Part shown: positions 7,740 to 13,382 of the stretch, piece after piece
How positions within the stretch are numbered: position 1 is the stretch's first letter
Layout: every line of letters begins with the position of its first letter
Assembly (NCBI GenBank): GCA_002794465.1
Contig: MTSL01000220.1
Span: forward strand, 13,620-29,885
Reading direction: 5' to 3'
From: Paramicrosporidium saccamoebae KSL3
Taxonomy: Eukaryota > Fungi > Cryptomycota
Length of the DNA: 16,266 nucleotides
Translations under genes and position numbers: made by a program
The notes under the pieces: generated by a model
The model's database searches: none
What the model saw: the letters and a program-made list of their open reading frames with translations, nothing else
Told to the model about the DNA's origin: nothing

Positions 7740-8061
7740 AGGGGAGGGGGTATAAAGTCGAGATGAGGGTGGGGTGTGTAGAGTTGGGATGAGAGTGAGG
7801 GTGCAAATTACAATGCCAAGCAATAATGATACACTGCCGAGGTTATCCGAGACTGCAATGCCGATATCACAGTGCCGGGACCGCAAAAAGTTTGCTGATG
7901 GGTAAACTTGCCTATTAAAGTATATGGCTTCTTTATAGATGGCCATTCTTAACATAGCCGGACTGGACTATGGGACCGCTATCTGGGTCGGATTCACCAA
8001 TAATAAGTGGATGCTGTTTAACAAATTCTATTATAGAGCTCACTATCAAACAGATTCCAAA

Positions 8062-9610
8062 CTAACAGTTGCGAGCTCTTGGATAAATGGCCTTGATGGT
8101 CGGAAATCGAAGCGACTTTAATCCTCCCCTCGTTTTATTGGAGCTCTCTTGGAAATATCGAACAGTAATCTGCGCACCCACCAGCTGGGTTGGGTCTTTT
8201 GCAAAACTGCGGCGCTCCTCCAGGGAAAATCCGCTGCCCACCCAGACATCAACGCCACCAAAATCAATCTTGACACTCGACACCAAATCCTCCACTACAT
8301 GCTGACCGTCTGAAGCAACCAGCATCCGTTCCAATTTGTAATCCTGGACAACAAATTCGGCTTCGAAAAAGTCTTTAACTTTGACAATGTCTTTCCTACG
8401 GGGATTAGTAGAATGATTGGGCATACGTTCGTTTTCCTACAAATGCGCAATCCCGTCGGATAATGAGCCCCTCCCATCCGCGGGCGCGTTGAATATCTAC
8501 AAAATTTCTAAACTCCAAGGGATCATCCGTCCGGTGCTGCTCCAGAACATGCACCTTTTGGATCCCCTCTGCAGCCGACTTTAGCCTGTGCAGACGTTCT
8601 GAGAGAATGGCGTCCTTCATGTTGGTTTCATCGATCAGATCAAATGCAAAAAAGACGAGTCGGCTAGCGTCAGTTTTTGATTTTTCCTCAAATGGTTTTG
8701 AAAGGACAATGGACAGGGCAGCGCTGAAATTGTCGGCCAGCTGATGTACAGTAGTGTCGGGTGTGCCGTCTTCCAGCACACAAAGCTCTCCATCAATATA
8801 AAAATTCGTCATCTCGGTATTGGCCTTGCGAAGGTTCTTTGCAATCTGTAGCAGATTTTCAGAAATGCGGTGGAGATGGCTGAGAATATTGCCTGCGCGT
8901 GTGTATAGTTTAATTGCGGTACCATCGAAATGAGCCAAACACCTGATTCCGTCCAGCTTTCTCGAAATCAACCAATAGTCATCTTTGGTAGCTTCCAGCT
9001 TTATCGAGGGATGTTGTAAAGGATATCCCAACGCCACGGGAAGCTGCTTGCTTGTCACTGGAAAGCTCCTGGTATTTTTTGATTGGGCCACTGTGACATG
9101 TCTCGCCGACACTGCAGTCCCATCCACCTCAACAGTCTCTGAATCGAGAGCCTTTTGCAGCATCCGTTTTCCCATTCCAATGTTTAGATCGCGATCAAAA
9201 ATATCTAATAAAAGTGCACGATGATCTTCATTTGCAGCAATGAAATTCTGGGCCGCCTCAATGGCGCAATGTCCTCTCAGACCATTCTGGAGCTTCTCCA
9301 ACAAACATGAAAGATCCTCTTCGACAATGGGGACAAGGCCTTTGTTACGATGCGTCAGAATAGAATTTCGAGTCACATATATGGGACCCAAACTGTTGAA
9401 GAAACGCAAAAAGTCATGCAGCTCAGTGTATTGTCGTACGATGGCAATTTTCTCTTTGGCCTTGGTGGTCCGACGCACCTCTACGCTCATTAGACACAGC
9501 CTGGAAAGCAGGTCTTGCTTGGTGCTAAAGAAACGCAAGGTTCGTCGGGTGCCAAAGCGATACAGGGCCGAGAATTCTAATTGGGGAATAATTAGAGAAA
9601 CGCGTAGCAT
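8062..9610 (-). CDS. ATP-dependent DNA ligase, phage T4-like architecture (DBD + adenylation + OB), probable mitochondrial presequence, 2 exons, about 505 aa
   Basis: Exons 9610-8427 and 8395-8062. Motif I SRKLDGIRC (Lys codon 8957-8959), III YIDGEL, IIIa FFAFDL, IV GWEGLIIR, V KRTKDIVKVK (spanning the intron), OB-fold VGSGFS and SLRFP. No BRCT or zinc finger. Start is uncertain: 9610 preferred, 9625 and 9490 also in frame. Confidence 0.88.
8396..8426 (-). other. Spliceosomal intron, 31 nt (ligase, phase 2)
   Basis: GTATGC...TACTAAT-CCCCGTAG. Restores FVGKR-T-KDIVKVKDFFEAE. Confidence 0.92.
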
Positions 9611-9623
9611 TGCGGTCCCCGGC

Positions 9624-10910
9624 ATGGACGTGGCCGTGGAGCTGGTCAGAGTTGTTGCTCGTTCATTGTATGAGGACAAGTACACTGTGCTTCTGGACAT
9701 TTTGCTCCGGGACAAAATGTACCGTGCGTGGTGCAGCTGCTCTAATCTCTATAGAATATCGGACGAAGGCGCGGCTGAGAGGATGCAGCTCATGGTCAAG
9801 GACGTTGGAAAGATAGCGGCAAGGCTGAAGGAAGACCGTCTCATTAAGAGTGAGGTGCGGCTAGAGTCGCGCGGCTTGGATGAACGTCCCTTCAACCGGA
9901 CTTTTTATTACATTGACTTGGCTATCTTTGCCGACGTTGTCAAATATCGACTCCATATGATGCGCAAAACACTGGAGGACCGTGTCAAAAATGATGTCAA
10001 TGAAAAGGGCTATCACTGTGTCCGATGTAATCGAACATATTCAGTAATGGATGTCGGAAAGCTGTTCAATCCGACAACCAATGAATTCCATTGCGAAGTT
10101 TGTTCTGCAGAATTGCAGTCGGTTGACCAGTCCATGCTCAGCGCTGACTCGGGACGACAGTCCAAGCTGATTGAGCAGACAAATCATATTTTGCGTCTGC
10201 TACGGCGGATTGACGAGGTGCAAATTCCGCGTTTTGATCCGATAGAATATTTAAAAGCCAGGGACTCTATCGACCTACAAGTCACATCACCCAAGGACTC
10301 GATCAGCGATGTTCTGTCAACGTCGGGGAAGAGTGTTGAGCTGAGGGTAGCGGGGGCTGATGCAAAGGAAAAGGAGCTTCAGGTTGAAATTCTGTCCACT
10401 AGTGTACCCGAGTCAGAAACCAGACACGAGATGCCGGTGTGGCACACTCACAGTACCGTTACGGGACAGCAAGTTAAAGGCTCTGTCGTCTCCATTGCCT
10501 CTCCTGAATCCATCTCCTCCACATTGGCAGCCTCTAAAGAGACCATGGACTATGTGAAATACTATGAAGCAGCGCAAATGAATCCAATGTCTTTACCAAA
10601 GAAATCTCGAACCGAAATGACAGTACCAGAATCCCCCAAACTTGTACAGACGGGTACACTAAAGAGTTCACCAACAGATGCCAAAATAGCTATGACAACA
10701 GATTTGACAACAAATGTGCCAACAGACGTGACAAAAGACGTGACAACAGACGTGACAAAAGATGCGACAACATCCCTCCAGTCACCAATGGTTTCTGTGC
10801 AAGGTGTACTAAAGCCTCTGAGAAACGTGACTGATGATGACAAGAACAACATGACCGAGGAAGAGTATCACAAATACTACGAAGCATATATGGCTCTAGA
10901 CCTAGAATAA
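9624..10910 (+). CDS. TFA1: General transcription factor TFIIE alpha (large) subunit, 2 exons, 416 aa
   Basis: N-terminal winged helix LVRVVARSLY...YYID...DVVKYRL, zinc ribbon YHCVRC...FHCEVC, and C-terminal motif VSVQGVLKPLRNVTDDDKNNMTEEEY. Exons 9624-9718 and 9755-10910. The ORF track's 128-aa upstream extension is antisense to the ligase. Confidence 0.9.
   Translation: MDVAVELVRVVARSLYEDKYTVLLDILLRDKMYRAWCSCSNLYRISDEGAAERMQLMVKDVGKIAARLKEDRLIKSEVRLESRGLDERPFNRTFYYIDLAIFADVVKYRLHMMRKTLEDRVKNDVNEKGYHCVRCNRTYSVMDVGKLFNPTTNEFHCEVCSAELQSVDQSMLSADSGRQSKLIEQTNHILRLLRRIDEVQIPRFDPIEYLKARDSIDLQVTSPKDSISDVLSTSGKSVELRVAGADAKEKELQVEILSTSVPESETRHEMPVWHTHSTVTGQQVKGSVVSIASPESISSTLAASKETMDYVKYYEAAQMNPMSLPKKSRTEMTVPESPKLVQTGTLKSSPTDAKIAMTTDLTTNVPTDVTKDVTTDVTKDATTSLQSPMVSVQGVLKPLRNVTDDDKNNMTEEEYHKYYEAYMALDLE
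9719..9754 (+). other. Spliceosomal intron, 36 nt, in frame and stop-free (TFA1, phase 2)
   Basis: GTACCG...CTCTAAT-CTCTATAG. Removal converts DKMYRAWCSCSNLYRISDEG to DKIISDEG. Confidence 0.78.
10692..10775 (+). repeat. 12-bp coding minisatellite, about 7 units (consensus GTGACAACAGAC) in the TFA1 linker
   Basis: Encodes MTTD LTTN VPTD VTKD VTTD VTKD ATTS. Confidence 0.88.
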
Positions 10911-10911
10911 A
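10906..10911 (+). terminator. AATAAA polyadenylation signal overlapping the TFA1 stop codon
   Basis: GAA TAA A; stop at 10908-10910. Confidence 0.5.
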
Positions 10912-11020
10912 ATTGTTTTGTCACATAGTAACCATTGCGAATGTCAATTCATTACGTCACAGTTTACTAAGAGGCTTGCTAGTCTAGATTAGGGTGCTAT
11001 GCATCTATGCCAACTCGTTG

Positions 11021-11959
11021 TTACCGCAACATGTAAAACTGCGTATACTGCTTGCTCTCCTCATGCACTGGCATTTCCTTCTTTACCTCATTCAACTCGC
11101 GCTTAATCATCATGGCAATATCGGGTGTCAGTGACTTTGCAATGTATTCCACTCCGCCCCGCTCATAGTCGTGGCGGTTCCAAGTCTCTCCATAGTCGGT
11201 GCGGTCCAAGTCAAAGCGCAGTTTTCGGTGACGGGCAAAGCCACTGCGTCGTCGCTCTTCAGTCGAGTGGCGCTGGACGAAGCGAGAGAGACGCTGCACT
11301 TCTTCGTGACGGAGAAAGGTGGATTTCTGGATGGGCGGGGGGATGAGCGACATGTCGCCCAGTGGTGGAGGCTTCTTCAGGATGCTCCTCGGCTGACGGG
11401 GCCTGAATCGCAAAACACTATGCGATTCAGGCTCATCAATTTCCATCGGCGATAAGGGCGCTTCTACGGGACTGCAACTGCCCGAGCTCTTTCCGGAGTA
11501 AAAATAGGAGAACCAGGATTGAAACTTGCGCACTGCCTGAGGATTCTTTGGCGATTCTGGTGATGGCATTCTGAGCGCAGGAATCTCGGGTAGTGTTATG
11601 CTAACTGTCTCCATGGGGCTTTCCATAACTGCCGTCTTTTGGATCTCCTCCTCCTCCAGGATCGACAGCTTTGCGCCAATGTCGCTTCCATTCGACTTGA
11701 TGAAGACGGCCCGATGCAGCTCATTACTTCCCCCATTTGGCACCATCGAGTCTGCCAGTCCTGGACCATTTAGAACCTCCATGATCTTGGCGCGCACCTG
11801 GCTATCCTCTTCATGTACCTTACTTGGTCGTCGTGCGAATCCCGACAGCACTGGCGCACTACTCACCGGTCTCCGCATCTCCGCTTCGAATATTTCCAAT
11901 TTGCTCAAACGCTGTTTGATGTCGTTCAGAGTGACGTTGTTGTTGTCGCCAGTCATCAT
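11021..11959 (-). CDS. PP1 (Glc7)-targeting protein with Bni4/Phactr-type C-terminal domain, 312 aa (5' end uncertain)
   Basis: C-terminus RKLRF...ETWNRHDYERGG...LTPDIAMMIKRELNEVKKEMPVHEESKQYTQFY resembles Bni4/Phactr C-termini. SILK motif at 11375-11386 and RVxF-like RKLRF at 11213-11227. The rest is Ser/Pro-rich. Confidence 0.78.
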   Translation of the reverse strand: MMTGDNNNVTLNDIKQRLSKLEIFEAEMRRPVSSAPVLSGFARRPSKVHEEDSQVRAKIMEVLNGPGLADSMVPNGGSNELHRAVFIKSNGSDIGAKLSILEEEEIQKTAVMESPMETVSITLPEIPALRMPSPESPKNPQAVRKFQSWFSYFYSGKSSGSCSPVEAPLSPMEIDEPESHSVLRFRPRQPRSILKKPPPLGDMSLIPPPIQKSTFLRHEEVQRLSRFVQRHSTEERRRSGFARHRKLRFDLDRTDYGETWNRHDYERGGVEYIAKSLTPDIAMMIKRELNEVKKEMPVHEESKQYTQFYMLR

Positions 11960-12634
11960 GCTGAACTACTAGTCACCCGAACCCAATCCGGTTCTTTATC
12001 TATGTTGTTTCTATTTATAGAACACACGTGATGACTAAAGGTCAGTTTTCCAGAGACGCCAACACCCTCCAAGGACTACTAGGAAATTAGAGAGGCACTA
12101 ATAATATGGTAGAGTATGTATATGACAGATGAGGGACTCTAATACTGGGCCATTGTTGCCAGTCCCACACTACAGCATGATATTAAAATGGATCAATATG
12201 ACTGGCTCAACTTTTGTGAGTTTGAGCAGGAAAATAATTGCACTACTCAAACTCGCAAAGATTACAAAAACAGTGCTATAGTCTCGTACAACTTGTATCG
12301 AATAATTCAGCAACAGTTTGGCCCAATAAGTCAGCCTAATACCTCAGCTCAATCGTCTAGTCCACTAATTGGGCAGCTAGATAAATTTAAACCTTGATGC
12401 AACATTCAAAGTAAACGCTGACCGAGAGCGCTAGCATGATCTGTACATACAATATATTCTCGCACATTAGACACACATTAACGGCTTTGGTACAGGCACG
12501 GTCTTTACTAATAGGCACCGATTATTGGGCCACTTACCATGTCCTGCAGCCCGCCAATAATATTTGGGAGAATGATCCAATTTTAGCAACTCGCCTATAT
12601 ATAGTAACCACCCACAAACCGGGTGGCATCCAAC

Positions 12635-13126
12635 ATGACCAAGAAGTACCGCATCCTGTTCTCTCTTGCATTTCTAAGCGGCCTGATTATGCTTGCTCGG
12701 AGCGTCGAGGTGAAATTAATAGCCCCTTCAGAGGGTAACACATGGTATACTGGCCAAACTGTCAATGTCAGCTGGGAAATGGGCTCTCTAAAGTCCAGCA
12801 AGGGCGAGGACATTACCCAAATCGATCTTGATCTTTTTGAAGACAATGGGAACAATCTGGTGGCAAACATTTCCTTTGGCGTACCGGTGGGAGTTAAATC
12901 GGCTGAGTGGGACGTCAGTGACCAGCTGGAAACGGGCAATGACTATTTCGTGCGGATTACCAGTGTAGAGGACCCCAAATTTGTGATGATGGGACCACGG
13001 TTTACGATTGTGAAGAATTCGACCAAGGCCGCAAAGAAGAATCCGGCCCAGCCCAAGGCAGCACCAGAATCGGGGATGAACTTTCTTATGAGTTTTGTGG
13101 CGTTCATTAGCTTCCTGTTGCTGTAG
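12635..13126 (+). CDS. Secreted, probably GPI-anchored Kre9/Knh1-N-like (Ser/Thr-rich GPI family) protein, 163 aa
   Basis: Signal peptide MTKKYRILFSLAFLSGLIMLARS; beta-sandwich pattern APSEGNTWYTGQTVNVSW...WDV...GNDYFVRI...GPRFTI; hydrophobic tail SGMNFLMSFVAFISFLLL. Confidence 0.75.
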   Translation: MTKKYRILFSLAFLSGLIMLARSVEVKLIAPSEGNTWYTGQTVNVSWEMGSLKSSKGEDITQIDLDLFEDNGNNLVANISFGVPVGVKSAEWDVSDQLETGNDYFVRITSVEDPKFVMMGPRFTIVKNSTKAAKKNPAQPKAAPESGMNFLMSFVAFISFLLL

Positions 13127-13149
13127 GCCCCTCAATTATTACAAACTTT

Positions 13150-13382
13150 GAATAAAGCCACATGGTGTTGAGCCGACTAAGCGGACGTCATCAGGGCGAT
13201 TGCTATTCAATGATTACTTTTGTGTCATGGCAGACAGAGCTGGCACTGGGCGGGGATGACACTTATGCTCGAATAAAGCCACCATGTTGTTGACCGATAA
13301 AGAGGACGTCGTCAAGGTGATTGTTATTCATTGATTATTTATGTACCATGACATACAGAGCTGACACTGAGTGAGGATGACA
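13150..13382 (+). repeat. Tandem duplication, 121-nt period, two 112-nt aligned copies about 81% identical
   Basis: 13150-13261 versus 13271-13382: 19 substitutions and 2 single-nt gaps by hand alignment. Confidence 0.93.

Noticed and set aside
7581-7955. Minus-strand 124-aa ORF with a hydrophobic stretch, and a spliced variant ending at the RPL27 stop
   Set aside because: It is partly antisense to RPL27 and runs through a microsatellite. The required branch point would be only 3 nt from the AG, and there is no recognisable homology.
9240-9623. 128-aa N-terminal extension of the TFA1 ORF, and the ligase ORF extension to 9715
   Set aside because: These are mutual antisense shadows. Homology to TFIIE-alpha begins at Met 9624 and the ligase presequence begins at about 9610.
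12188-12397. 69-aa plus-strand ORF
   Set aside because: No motif or family resemblance, and the length is compatible with chance.
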